From Clostridia bacterium (GTDB lineage: Bacteria > Bacillota > Clostridia > Christensenellales > UBA1242): a stretch of 64,000 nt of DNA. The stretch lies in the NCBI GenBank assembly GCA_017501645.1, contig JAFVWN010000062.1, positions 2,980 to 66,979 of the forward strand, written 5' to 3'. Every line of letters starts with the position of its first letter. Positions within the stretch are counted from its first letter, which is position 1. The notes under the pieces are model-generated. The model made no database searches. It was not told the origin of the DNA and saw only the letters and a program-made list of their open reading frames with translations. A program made the position numbers and the translations under genes. Below are positions 36,237-45,012 of the stretch, piece by piece.

Positions 36237-36683
36237 ATGGATAGTTTTGAAAATTTTGAAAATAAGTTTTATTTGAAGTTAGATGCAAAATTAATAAACG
36301 AGGGTTTTGCAAGAAGTATGGTTGCGACTTTTTGTGTTCAACTTAATCCGTCAATCAGTGAGATTAACGATATAAAGACTGCTGTTAGTGAGGCTGTAAC
36401 TAATTCAATAGTGCACGGCTATTCTAAAGAAAAAAGAGGAGATATTGAAATTTATGTAGGAATAAAAAATAATGTTGTTTATATTAAGGTTGTTGACTTG
36501 GGTACTGGAATAGAAGATATTGATAAGGCAAGACAACCGTTTTTTACGACAAAATCTCAGGAAGAAAGGTCTGGTATGGGTTTTACATTGATGGAGTCTT
36601 TTATGGATACGCTAAATGTATATAACAATGCTGATGGTGGCGTAACTGTAGAGATGACAAAGGAAATAAAATCAAATCTATAG
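36237..36683 (+). CDS. spoIIAB: Anti-sigma-F factor SpoIIAB (HATPase-type Ser kinase)
   Basis: N-box EAVTNSIVHGY, G-boxes DLGTGI and GMGF. Confidence 0.9.
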   Translation: MDSFENFENKFYLKLDAKLINEGFARSMVATFCVQLNPSISEINDIKTAVSEAVTNSIVHGYSKEKRGDIEIYVGIKNNVVYIKVVDLGTGIEDIDKARQPFFTTKSQEERSGMGFTLMESFMDTLNVYNNADGGVTVEMTKEIKSNL

Positions 36684-36693
36684 GGTATAAGCA

Positions 36694-37437
36694 ATGATTG
36701 AGGAATTTAAACCGCTTGGTATAAATGAAACAAATGAGCTTATTGAAAAAGCAAAGAATGGAGATAATGAAGCAAAAGAAAAATTAATTCAGGGAAATTT
36801 TCCTCTTATAAAATCAATTATAAAAAATTATCAAAATAAAGGGGTTGATTATGATGACTTATATCAACTTGGTTGTGTTGGGTTCTTGAAAGCAATTAAT
36901 AATTTTGATGAGAAGTTTGAGGTTAAATTTTCCACATATGCCGTGCCAATGATTGCAGGAGAGATAAAAAGATTTTTGAGAGATGATGGAAGTATCAAAG
37001 TGAGTAGGGCAATAAAGGCTCTTTGGATAAAAATAAGAAGTTTGCTTGACCAATATAAAACAAAGGGAGAATCTGCTCCAACAATTGATGAGATGGCAAA
37101 AATATTTGAGGTTGATACAGCAGATATTGTTTATGCAATGGATTCTGCTCAATCAATAATAAGTCTTAACGCTCAACTTGATGAAAGTTCAAATAATTCT
37201 CAGTCTGTCATAGATAAAGTTGCTAGTGATGATAAAGCAGAACAACTCATTGATAAAATATTGTTAAAAGATGCAATATCAAAACTTCCAGAAAGGGAAA
37301 AGAAAATTATTTTGCTTAGATATTTTAGAGGAAAAACACAAAGTGAAGTTGCAGAGCTTATGGGGGTTTCCCAGGTACAAATTTCAAGAATTGAAACAAA
37401 AATAATATCAAAATTAAAATATAAGTTAGCAGAATAA
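36694..37437 (+). CDS. sigF: Sporulation sigma factor SigF
   Basis: Sigma-70 regions 2-4 (DLYQLGCVGFLKAINNFD, YAVPMIAGEIKRFLRDD, TQSEVAELMGVSQVQISR). Position directly after spoIIAB. Confidence 0.85.
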   Translation: MIEEFKPLGINETNELIEKAKNGDNEAKEKLIQGNFPLIKSIIKNYQNKGVDYDDLYQLGCVGFLKAINNFDEKFEVKFSTYAVPMIAGEIKRFLRDDGSIKVSRAIKALWIKIRSLLDQYKTKGESAPTIDEMAKIFEVDTADIVYAMDSAQSIISLNAQLDESSNNSQSVIDKVASDDKAEQLIDKILLKDAISKLPEREKKIILLRYFRGKTQSEVAELMGVSQVQISRIETKIISKLKYKLAE

Positions 37438-37519
37438 ATGATATATAATATATGTATAAATAAAAAACAGCACACAAAAAAGTGCAAAACCAAATAAAAA
37501 TTGTGAAAATTTACAAATA

Positions 37520-37557
37520 AAAACACTCAAATATTATTTTTTGAGTGTTTTTATTTT
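37520..37557. terminator. Bidirectional terminator
   Basis: AAAACACTCAA/TTGAGTGTTTT stem with flanking A/T runs. Confidence 0.8.
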
Positions 37558-37567
37558 GATGATTATT

Positions 37568-39382
37568 TTAATTAATATATGGTGTAGGAATAGCTTTTTC
37601 GTTTCTATTTATAACATAACCATTGCTGACGATAGGTTGATTATTAATAGTTTTACTTTTGTTGTTTTTGTTTTTATCAATAAACATAGAAGCAAAACAA
37701 GTTAAGCAATCTTTATTGTTTGTGTCTCCTTCGAGTATTGAAGTGTCTTCATTTATTATATCTGTTTCAAGTGTCCTATCTTGGTTATTGGTTGTGTTCT
37801 GCAAAGTGTTTGATGGAGTAATACTACTAATATTTGAGATTTCTGGTTTGTTTTCAACTTGAGGTACTGGACAGTTTTCACACTCATCAGTTACAAGATT
37901 TTGATTAACTGTAATATTTGTGTTGTTTAAATTAGGGTAGTCTTTATTTTTAATCGGTAATGATTTGTTCTCTGTAGTTGGACAGTCGATACATTCAGTT
38001 TGTAATGCTTTGTCTTTTATTATTTGACCGTTTATACAACAGTCAGGGCAATCTTCACAATTTGTACAGTTTTTGCAATCTATATTTTGAGTTTTATTAG
38101 TTTTGTTTGTGGTTAAGTTTTGAGATGTGTTGTCTATTTTGTTTTTTAACAATAAAGAACCGTTTTGTGTGTTTGTTAAATCATTTATTTTGTTATTATT
38201 TGTCAACTTGTTTATTTTGTTTTCATCTGTTTGTTTAAACTGGGTTGTTGAGATATCTTCTGTGTTTAAAATTAAATCTTCTTGATTTCTGTTTTCTAAA
38301 TTGTAAATATTATCGCTTAAAGCGTCACTATTTACATTTGTATTGTTAATATTTGTGTTGTTGGTTAAATTGTTGTAACTGTTTTCGTGAATTGATTTAT
38401 TAAAGTTTGGTGAATTTTCTGTTAAGCTTAAACTTAAAATATCGCAAATAGATTCTATTGCAAGAATAGAAGAATCAATCTTTGCAAGTCTTGTTTGGAT
38501 TGTTTCGTTTGTTCTTATTATATACGCATTAATAAGAGGTGAAGTGTTGTTTGTACTTGCTAATGATTTTGCGTGATTGATTTGATTTCTAATCATACCT
38601 CTGTTTGAGTTTAAATATGAAGTATTGTCTTTGATAATATTAATATAAGCGTTGATGGCTTGTTTGCTTTGGTTTGTTAAGTTGACATAGCCTTTATATA
38701 AGTCATTGATATATAATAAAACATTAGCTCTTTGATTTATAAGATTGGTTATAGTTTCTTGAATATCAGTTTCTTTATTCTCAATGCTTTCAGTTGAATA
38801 TGCAACCATCATTATATTGTTGTTCTCTGTTGTGGTATTCAAATTGTAATAACCGTTACTTTTTGTAGGTAATGATATGTTTTTTGTTGGGTAATTATTA
38901 TATCTTTCTAAAGAATTTGAAACTGTATCCTGTGAATCAAAAAGGTTGTCATTGTTTGCGTGATGATGAGGGAGTCTCCTTCGATAGTGTCTTGGTTTTA
39001 AGTTTGTGTTTTTGTAATGTGTTGTTGGTGTGCGTAATGGTTGGTGGTTGTTTCGTAATGGTTCATTGTTGTTGGTATCTGTGTTGGCCTCGCTGTTTTC
39101 AATATTTGTATCTAGAGTTGTTTGGTTACTCTCGTTTATGTTTAAAAGTCTGGCATTTTCGTTGGTGCTTATAACTGATTGTTGAGATGTTCCATAGTTG
39201 TTTAATTCTTCTAAAATGCTTTGGTCTGCCCAATCCAAACTGCTGACAGAATATACTAAATTTGCAACAGTGTCATCTAGGTTTCTTGCAAGTGTTTTAT
39301 CTTCGTTTTTACATCCCGTAAATAAAAAACTAAAGCAAATTAATGGAATTAATAATAAGTATTTGAGTGTTTTTTTAATCAT
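37568..39382 (-). CDS. N/T-rich low-complexity lipoprotein with Cys-rich CxxC clusters
   Basis: ATG 39382 after GGAGG. Lipobox FLFTGC. Motif block CKNCTNCEDCPDCC..CIDCP..CENCP. Confidence 0.65.
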   Translation of the reverse strand: MIKKTLKYLLLIPLICFSFLFTGCKNEDKTLARNLDDTVANLVYSVSSLDWADQSILEELNNYGTSQQSVISTNENARLLNINESNQTTLDTNIENSEANTDTNNNEPLRNNHQPLRTPTTHYKNTNLKPRHYRRRLPHHHANNDNLFDSQDTVSNSLERYNNYPTKNISLPTKSNGYYNLNTTTENNNIMMVAYSTESIENKETDIQETITNLINQRANVLLYINDLYKGYVNLTNQSKQAINAYINIIKDNTSYLNSNRGMIRNQINHAKSLASTNNTSPLINAYIIRTNETIQTRLAKIDSSILAIESICDILSLSLTENSPNFNKSIHENSYNNLTNNTNINNTNVNSDALSDNIYNLENRNQEDLILNTEDISTTQFKQTDENKINKLTNNNKINDLTNTQNGSLLLKNKIDNTSQNLTTNKTNKTQNIDCKNCTNCEDCPDCCINGQIIKDKALQTECIDCPTTENKSLPIKNKDYPNLNNTNITVNQNLVTDECENCPVPQVENKPEISNISSITPSNTLQNTTNNQDRTLETDIINEDTSILEGDTNNKDCLTCFASMFIDKNKNNKSKTINNQPIVSNGYVINRNEKAIPTPYIN

Positions 39383-39496
39383 AAAATTTCCTCCGTAATT
39401 GTGTTTAGTATGTGAATAAAAGTAAAAAATATTTGTCAAAAGTATAAAATATAGTTATTTTGACAATATTTACATAAAGAAAATGCGATTTTTATT

Positions 39497-39964
39497 ATGG
39501 GGGAGAATATGAATAACGAAGAAAGAAATGAAAAATATTTGGAATATGTAGAACAAAAATCACCAAAGGCGGGTTGGTTTAATTCTTTATTTCATGCATT
39601 TGTAATGGGGGCGACAATTTGTTGTTTAGGGCAAATGTTTGGAGATATCATTCGCTCATTTTATCCTGTTTTAGATTTATTAACTGTCGGTGCTTGGAGT
39701 AGTATTATTATTATTGTTCTAACAATATTTTTAACAGCTTTTGGATGTTTTGATAGACTTGCTAAATATGGAGGTGCAGGAACATTTATTCCAATTTCTG
39801 GGTTTGCAAATTCGATTGCTTCTTGTGCTATTGAGTTTAAAAAAGAAGGGTTGGTTTTTGGTGTAGGCTCAAAGATGTTTTATGTTGCGGGGCCGGTGTT
39901 GGTTAATGGTGTTGCTTACTCGTTGATAGTTGGTGTTGTTTATTTTATTATAGGATTGTTTTAG
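39497..39964 (+). CDS. spoVAC: Stage V sporulation protein AC
   Basis: SpoVAC-like 4-TM protein (GGAGTFIPISGFANSI). ATG 39509 is an alternative start. Confidence 0.85.
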   Translation: MGENMNNEERNEKYLEYVEQKSPKAGWFNSLFHAFVMGATICCLGQMFGDIIRSFYPVLDLLTVGAWSSIIIIVLTIFLTAFGCFDRLAKYGGAGTFIPISGFANSIASCAIEFKKEGLVFGVGSKMFYVAGPVLVNGVAYSLIVGVVYFIIGLF

Positions 39965-39973
39965 GAGGGAGAA

Positions 39974-40984
39974 ATGAAAAAGCTTGGGAGTCAAACATAT
40001 TCTTTTGAAAGTGATATATCAATAATATCTGGAGTTAGTTTGGTTGGTGGCAAAGAAGGGGCTGGTCCTTTGAAGAAGTATTTTGATTTTGTTGAAGAAG
40101 ATGACAAGATGGGGCAGAAGACTTTTGAAAAAGGTGAGCGTCTTATGTTTTTAAAAACTATATCTTCAGCAATTAAAAAATCAAAGGTAGAAAAAGATAA
40201 TATTGATTTGTACCTTGGTGGAGATTTAATGAATCAATTGGTTAGCTCTAATTATACGGCGAGCGAATTAAATATTCCGTTTGTTGGTCTTTATAATGCG
40301 TGTGCAACAATGGCTGAAAGTTTGATTGTGGGAAGTATATTTCTTGACTCTAAGGGGATGAAAAATATTGTCTGTGCAACTGGTAGTCATTTTAGCACAG
40401 CTGAAAGACAATATCGTTACCCGTTGGAATTTGGAAATCAACGCCAGTCTTATGCGCAATGGACAGTGACTGGTGTTGGGGCAACTGTTGTATCAACAGA
40501 AAAAACATCTAATATAAAAATCAAAATGGCGACCATTGGTAAAGTGACAGATTATGGCGTTAGTGATATTGCAAATATGGGGGCAGCAATGGCGCCTGCG
40601 GCAATGGAAACTTTAGTTGCTTTTTTTACGGATACTAACACAACTCAAAAAGATTATGACTTGATTGCGACTGGAGATTTGGGGAAGCTTGGCAGTGATA
40701 TTTTTAAAGATTTAATGATGGAGAAGGGGTATGATATAGAAACCAATTATGTGGATTGTGGGCATATGATATTTAATATTGACCAAGATACATTACAAGG
40801 TGGTAGTGGTGCTGGCTGTAGTGCGAGTGTTTTTAATTCGTATATTCTTAGTAAACTGAGAAGTGGAGAACTAAAAAAAGTTTTGTTAATATCGACAGGT
40901 GCTCTTATGAGTACGACAACAAACCAGCAAGGAGATTCCATTCCTTGTATTGCTCATTTGGTTTTAGTAGAGGGAGAGAATTAA
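39974..40984 (+). CDS. spoVAD: Stage V sporulation protein AD (thiolase-like fold)
   Basis: Length, YNACATMAES, and position between spoVAC and spoVAE. Confidence 0.85.
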   Translation: MKKLGSQTYSFESDISIISGVSLVGGKEGAGPLKKYFDFVEEDDKMGQKTFEKGERLMFLKTISSAIKKSKVEKDNIDLYLGGDLMNQLVSSNYTASELNIPFVGLYNACATMAESLIVGSIFLDSKGMKNIVCATGSHFSTAERQYRYPLEFGNQRQSYAQWTVTGVGATVVSTEKTSNIKIKMATIGKVTDYGVSDIANMGAAMAPAAMETLVAFFTDTNTTQKDYDLIATGDLGKLGSDIFKDLMMEKGYDIETNYVDCGHMIFNIDQDTLQGGSGAGCSASVFNSYILSKLRSGELKKVLLISTGALMSTTTNQQGDSIPCIAHLVLVEGEN

Positions 40985-40985
40985 T

Positions 40986-41360
40986 ATGGGTGAAGCATTA
41001 TTAATGTATTTAAAAGTCATATTGGTTGGAGGAAGCATTTGTACAATTGCTGAGCTGATTGTGATAAGAACAAAAATTACACCCGCTAGAATTCTTGTAA
41101 TCTTTTTGATGGTGGGGGCAATTCTTGGTGGGTTTGGTTTGTATAATTATGTAGTTGATTGGGCAGGAGCTGGAGCAACACTTCCTATTGTTGGTTTTGG
41201 AAATTCATTGGCGAATGGAGCTATTACTGCTGTTAAAACGGATGGCTTTTTTGGTGCTTTGTCTGGTGGGCTTATTGCAACAAGTGCGGGTATTGCAATA
41301 TCGATAGGTCTTAGTTATTTAGTTTCATTTTTTGTTAGTTCAAAGACTAAAAAGGATTAA
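40986..41360 (+). CDS. spoVAEB: Stage V sporulation protein AE (SpoVAEB type)
   Basis: Paralogous to SpoVAC (LPIVGFGNSLANGA), ~120 aa. Confidence 0.8.
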   Translation: MGEALLMYLKVILVGGSICTIAELIVIRTKITPARILVIFLMVGAILGGFGLYNYVVDWAGAGATLPIVGFGNSLANGAITAVKTDGFFGALSGGLIATSAGIAISIGLSYLVSFFVSSKTKKD

Positions 41361-41402
41361 AAATTTATAATAAAAACAAATAATTATTCATATTATTTTT
41401 AT

Positions 41403-42083
41403 ATGAGTAATATTTACAAAAAATATTTTTCGGCAAAAAAATCTGTTAAAAGAAGCAGATTTGTGTTGTTTTTTGCAATTTTAGTGTTTGTTTTTGCAGT
41501 TTTTATTTTATACTTCACTTTTTTGGTGACTCCATTAATAGTTGATACAAGTAGAGCGCAAATAAAAGTTTTTGCGACTAAATCAATGAACTTTGCAATC
41601 ACTGAAGCTATCAATCAAAATATAAGTTATGACGATTTGGTGAATATAATAACTGATGGTTACGGCAAGATAAATATGATTCAAGCCAACACTGTAAAAA
41701 TAAATAATCTTAGTACAATGATTGAAAGGATAACACTTTCTCATCTTTTAGAAGTTGGTAAGAAACCAATACAGATACCTCTTGGTGCGTTTACTGGAAT
41801 AACTTTAATTTCTGGTTATGGTCCACCTGTTGAAATCGAGATTTTTCCGTATGGTGAAGTTGGGTGTAGATTTTTATCTCAGTTTGTAAGTGCAGGGATA
41901 AACCAAACGCAACATAAGATTTATGTTCAGGTTGACACTTTAGTGAATGTGGTTTTGCCATTTAGGACTGTTAGGGTAAAGATGTCAAATGAGGTTTTGG
42001 TTTGTGAAAGTGTTATAATTGGAGAAATACCTGAAACCTATTTAAAGTCAAATGCTCTTAATGAAATGACAGGTCTTGTATAG
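41403..42083 (+). CDS. yunB: Sporulation protein YunB
   Basis: N-terminal TM, then the YunB-like region (IPLGAFTGITLISGYGPPVEIEIFPYG..). Confidence 0.7.
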   Translation: MSNIYKKYFSAKKSVKRSRFVLFFAILVFVFAVFILYFTFLVTPLIVDTSRAQIKVFATKSMNFAITEAINQNISYDDLVNIITDGYGKINMIQANTVKINNLSTMIERITLSHLLEVGKKPIQIPLGAFTGITLISGYGPPVEIEIFPYGEVGCRFLSQFVSAGINQTQHKIYVQVDTLVNVVLPFRTVRVKMSNEVLVCESVIIGEIPETYLKSNALNEMTGLV

Positions 42084-42181
42084 TAAAAATATAAAAAATA
42101 GAGGGTAAAATAGTAATAAAGTTTTAAAACTTTATTGCTTTTTCTTTTGTTTGATATTACAATATATGCAGAGGAAATGAT

Positions 42182-43327
42182 ATGGAACAAAAGATATATT
42201 ATTTAGATAATGCTGCAACAACTAAAATGTTTGATGATGTTTTAAGTGAGGGTGTTAAGTATTATAAAGATGAGTTTTATAATCCAAGTAGTGTTTATTA
42301 TAAATCGGTTGAAGTAAAAAGGTGTTTGAGTGAAGCAAAGAAAACTTTACTCAACTGCCTTGGTGCTGATGATGGTGAGATAATTTTTACAGGTTCTGCG
42401 ACTGAAGCAAACAATATGGTTGTGTTTTCGCAAAAGAATATGAAAGGCAAAAAGTTTTTGTTTGGTGCTGGTGAGCATCCTTCAGTTTTAGAGTGTGCAA
42501 AAGAACTTTTAAAGAGGGGATATGATGTTGAGTTTATTCCTCTTTCAAAAGAAGGCTCTGTTGATATGGAAAGCTACAAGCAAATGGTGTCTTGTGGAAA
42601 TGTTGCTTTTGTAAGCGTTCAACATACTAGTAATGAAACTGGTGCTGTGAATCCAATAGCGAAACTTGTTAAGCTTGCAAGAAAGTTTAATAAGGATGTT
42701 TTATTTCATAGTGATGGTGTCCAGGCGTTTTCAAAATTTGGTTATAGTGTTTTAGATTTGGATGTTGACTACTATACAATTTCTGCTCATAAAATTTATG
42801 GTGCAAAAGGTGTTGGTGCTTTGTATATAAAAAAGGGAGTAAAAATTAATCCATTAATCTTCGGTGGTGGTCAAGAGTCTGGATTAAGGTCTGGAACGGA
42901 AAATGTTTTTGGCATAATGACTTTTAAAATGTGTGCCGAAAAAGTGATAAAAGACATAGAGAAAAATTATAATAAAGTTCAAAATATGAGGAAGGAACTA
43001 CTTGATGAACTTACAAAAAATGGTATTGATTATGTAATTCACGGAGAGGGTGTTCCTCATACAATGAATATATGTTTATCAAAAAAAGTGAGAGGTGAAA
43101 CTTTGGTTCACGCGCTTGAAAAACAAAACATTTTTGTGTCAACAGGTTCAGCTTGTTCTTCAACAAAAAATTACAATACTACTCTTGAAGCAATGGGTGT
43201 TCCTGCAGAAGAGATACTTTCAAGTATAAGAATATCATTTAGTCCTTATATGGATTTTGATGCTAAATTTATTGCAAAAACAATTTGTGAACAGTTGAAA
43301 AAATTAGAGGTGAAAAGTTATGAATAA
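42182..43327 (+). CDS. Cysteine desulfurase (NifS/IscS class V aminotransferase)
   Basis: PLP lysine in SAHKIYGAKG, active-site loop GSACSS. Coupled to thiI. Confidence 0.85.
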   Translation: MEQKIYYLDNAATTKMFDDVLSEGVKYYKDEFYNPSSVYYKSVEVKRCLSEAKKTLLNCLGADDGEIIFTGSATEANNMVVFSQKNMKGKKFLFGAGEHPSVLECAKELLKRGYDVEFIPLSKEGSVDMESYKQMVSCGNVAFVSVQHTSNETGAVNPIAKLVKLARKFNKDVLFHSDGVQAFSKFGYSVLDLDVDYYTISAHKIYGAKGVGALYIKKGVKINPLIFGGGQESGLRSGTENVFGIMTFKMCAEKVIKDIEKNYNKVQNMRKELLDELTKNGIDYVIHGEGVPHTMNICLSKKVRGETLVHALEKQNIFVSTGSACSSTKNYNTTLEAMGVPAEEILSSIRISFSPYMDFDAKFIAKTICEQLKKLEVKSYE

Positions 43328-44489
43328 AGTTGTTTTGGTTCGATATGGAGAAATTTTTTTAAAAGGAAAAAACCGCAAATTCTTTGAAGATTGCTTAAAA
43401 AACAATATCCAAAATGCACTTTTAGGGCTAAATTGTGCTGTTTTTAAAATTTCTGGAAGGTTTATGGTAGAGGGGTATAATCCTAAAGATGAGCAAAGAA
43501 TTATTAATATAATTATCAAACAAGCGGGTGTATTTTCTGTATCTCCAGCAACTTGTATTGATACTGATAAAGAGCAAATTATTGGGCTTGTGAAAGAACT
43601 TACAGAAGACGAAGTTGGAACTTTTAAAGTTGTGACTAATAGAGCGGATAAGACATTTCAGCCAAACTCAATGGAGTTTAGTAGGCAACTCGGTGGGGTG
43701 ATTTTGAAGAATAATAACGACTTAAAAGTTGATGTTGTTAATCCAGAATTTGTTGTAAATATTGATATAAGAGAAAACAAAAAAACTTATATTTTTACAA
43801 AAACTTTTATGGGTGTTGGTGGTATGCCTGTTGGCTCTGCGGGTAAAGGTTTATTACTTTTGTCTGGAGGAATTGATAGTCCAGTAGCCGGCTTTATGAT
43901 GGCAAAAAGAGGAACAAAACTTCAAGCTCTTCACTTCCATAGTTTTCCTTATACAAGTGAGCTTGCGAGATTAAAAGTTGAAGAACTTGCAGGTAAGATT
44001 GCTGATTATAATGCGGGTGATTTAGAAATTTATATGTGTCCAATGACCCATTATCAAGAAGAGATTAATAAAAATTGCAGAAACATTTATAATATAACTT
44101 TGCTTAGAAGAGCAATGTTTAGAATTGCTGAAAGACTATGCAAAGAAAAAGGTTTGCAAATGATAATTACTGGGGAAAACTTAGGGCAAGTTGCAAGCCA
44201 GACAATTGAAAGTATGACAGTCGTTGGAAATGTTGTTGAAGATATTCAAATTATGAGACCACTTGTTGCTTTTGATAAGCAAGAGATTATTGAGGTGTCA
44301 AAAAAGATAGATACTTACGAAATTTCTATAAGACCATATGAAGATTGTTGTACTGTTTTTGTTCCAGATACCCCTGTAACTAAGCCAAGATTAGAAAATG
44401 TTATAGAAGAAGAAAAGAAACTTAATTTTGAAGAACTAATTGATGAAGCTTATTCAAAAATAGAGGTTGTAACAATTAAAAATTCATAG
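43320..44489 (+). CDS. thiI: tRNA 4-thiouridine(8) synthase ThiI
   Basis: N-terminal RYGEIFLKGKNR, THUMP region, PP-loop SGGIDSPVA. Confidence 0.9.
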   Translation: MNKVVLVRYGEIFLKGKNRKFFEDCLKNNIQNALLGLNCAVFKISGRFMVEGYNPKDEQRIINIIIKQAGVFSVSPATCIDTDKEQIIGLVKELTEDEVGTFKVVTNRADKTFQPNSMEFSRQLGGVILKNNNDLKVDVVNPEFVVNIDIRENKKTYIFTKTFMGVGGMPVGSAGKGLLLLSGGIDSPVAGFMMAKRGTKLQALHFHSFPYTSELARLKVEELAGKIADYNAGDLEIYMCPMTHYQEEINKNCRNIYNITLLRRAMFRIAERLCKEKGLQMIITGENLGQVASQTIESMTVVGNVVEDIQIMRPLVAFDKQEIIEVSKKIDTYEISIRPYEDCCTVFVPDTPVTKPRLENVIEEEKKLNFEELIDEAYSKIEVVTIKNS

Positions 44490-44498
44490 AAAATAAAG

Positions 44499-44528
44499 CA
44501 CTTCCAAGAAAATTTGGAGGTGTTTTTT
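44499..44528 (+). terminator. Rho-independent terminator after thiI
   Basis: CACTTCCAA/TTGGAGGTG stem followed by T6. Confidence 0.75.
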
Positions 44529-44572
44529 ATTATTAATAAAATGAGTTGATAAAAATAAAAATTAAAAATTTC

Positions 44573-45012
44573 AAAAAGGGGTTAAAATCGCTTGACATTT
44601 TCGTGGGGGGGGGGGGTAAAAATATATTATGAAAGTATAAAGAAAAATTCTCTATCAATACTAATAAGAAAAGTGATGCGATTTCTTATTAGAAAAGTAA
44701 AGAGTTTGCTTATACAAAAATATACGGAGGAATGTATGAAGAAACAAAAAGTAGAAAATTCTACAAAGAAGAAAGGCTTTTTCAAAAAAAGTTTGGCTCT
44801 AGCCCTTGTTGCAGGAACGCTTGCTGTCAGCTCAGTTGGACTTGTTGGTTGTAGTGATGGCAAAGACGGCAAAAATGGTTCAACTTGGTTTAGTGGTCAA
44901 GACGCTCCTTTTGAGTCTACAGGAAAAATTGGCGACTATTATTTTGATACTGATGACTTCAATATTTACAAAAAGGGAGAAACTGGTTGGGTAATCATTT
45001 CTAACATTAAAG
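44573..45012 (+). repeat. Copy 1 of a ~440-bp duplicated module (promoter cassette, 5'UTR, lipoprotein signal peptide and first protein module)
   Basis: Near-identical to 49246-49410 in the non-coding part and roughly 80% similar onward to 49689. Confidence 0.9.
44592..44622 (+). promoter_or_regulatory. Candidate phase-variable promoter: TTGACA - TTTTCGT - G12 - TAAAAA
   Basis: Perfect -35 at 44592-44597, uninterrupted G run 44605-44616, A/T-rich -10-like box from 44617. Confidence 0.55.

Noticed and set aside
44592-44735. Upstream extension of the lipoprotein ORF (ORF-track start TTG 44592; also the MRFLIRKV uORF)
   Set aside because: That TTG is the -35 box. The extension reads through the G-tract and hairpin. 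In copy 2 the equivalent reading frame is shifted (separate 60-aa ORF 49347-49529), so it is not conserved as coding. The ATGs at 44736 and 49411 have GGAGG and a lipoprotein signal.
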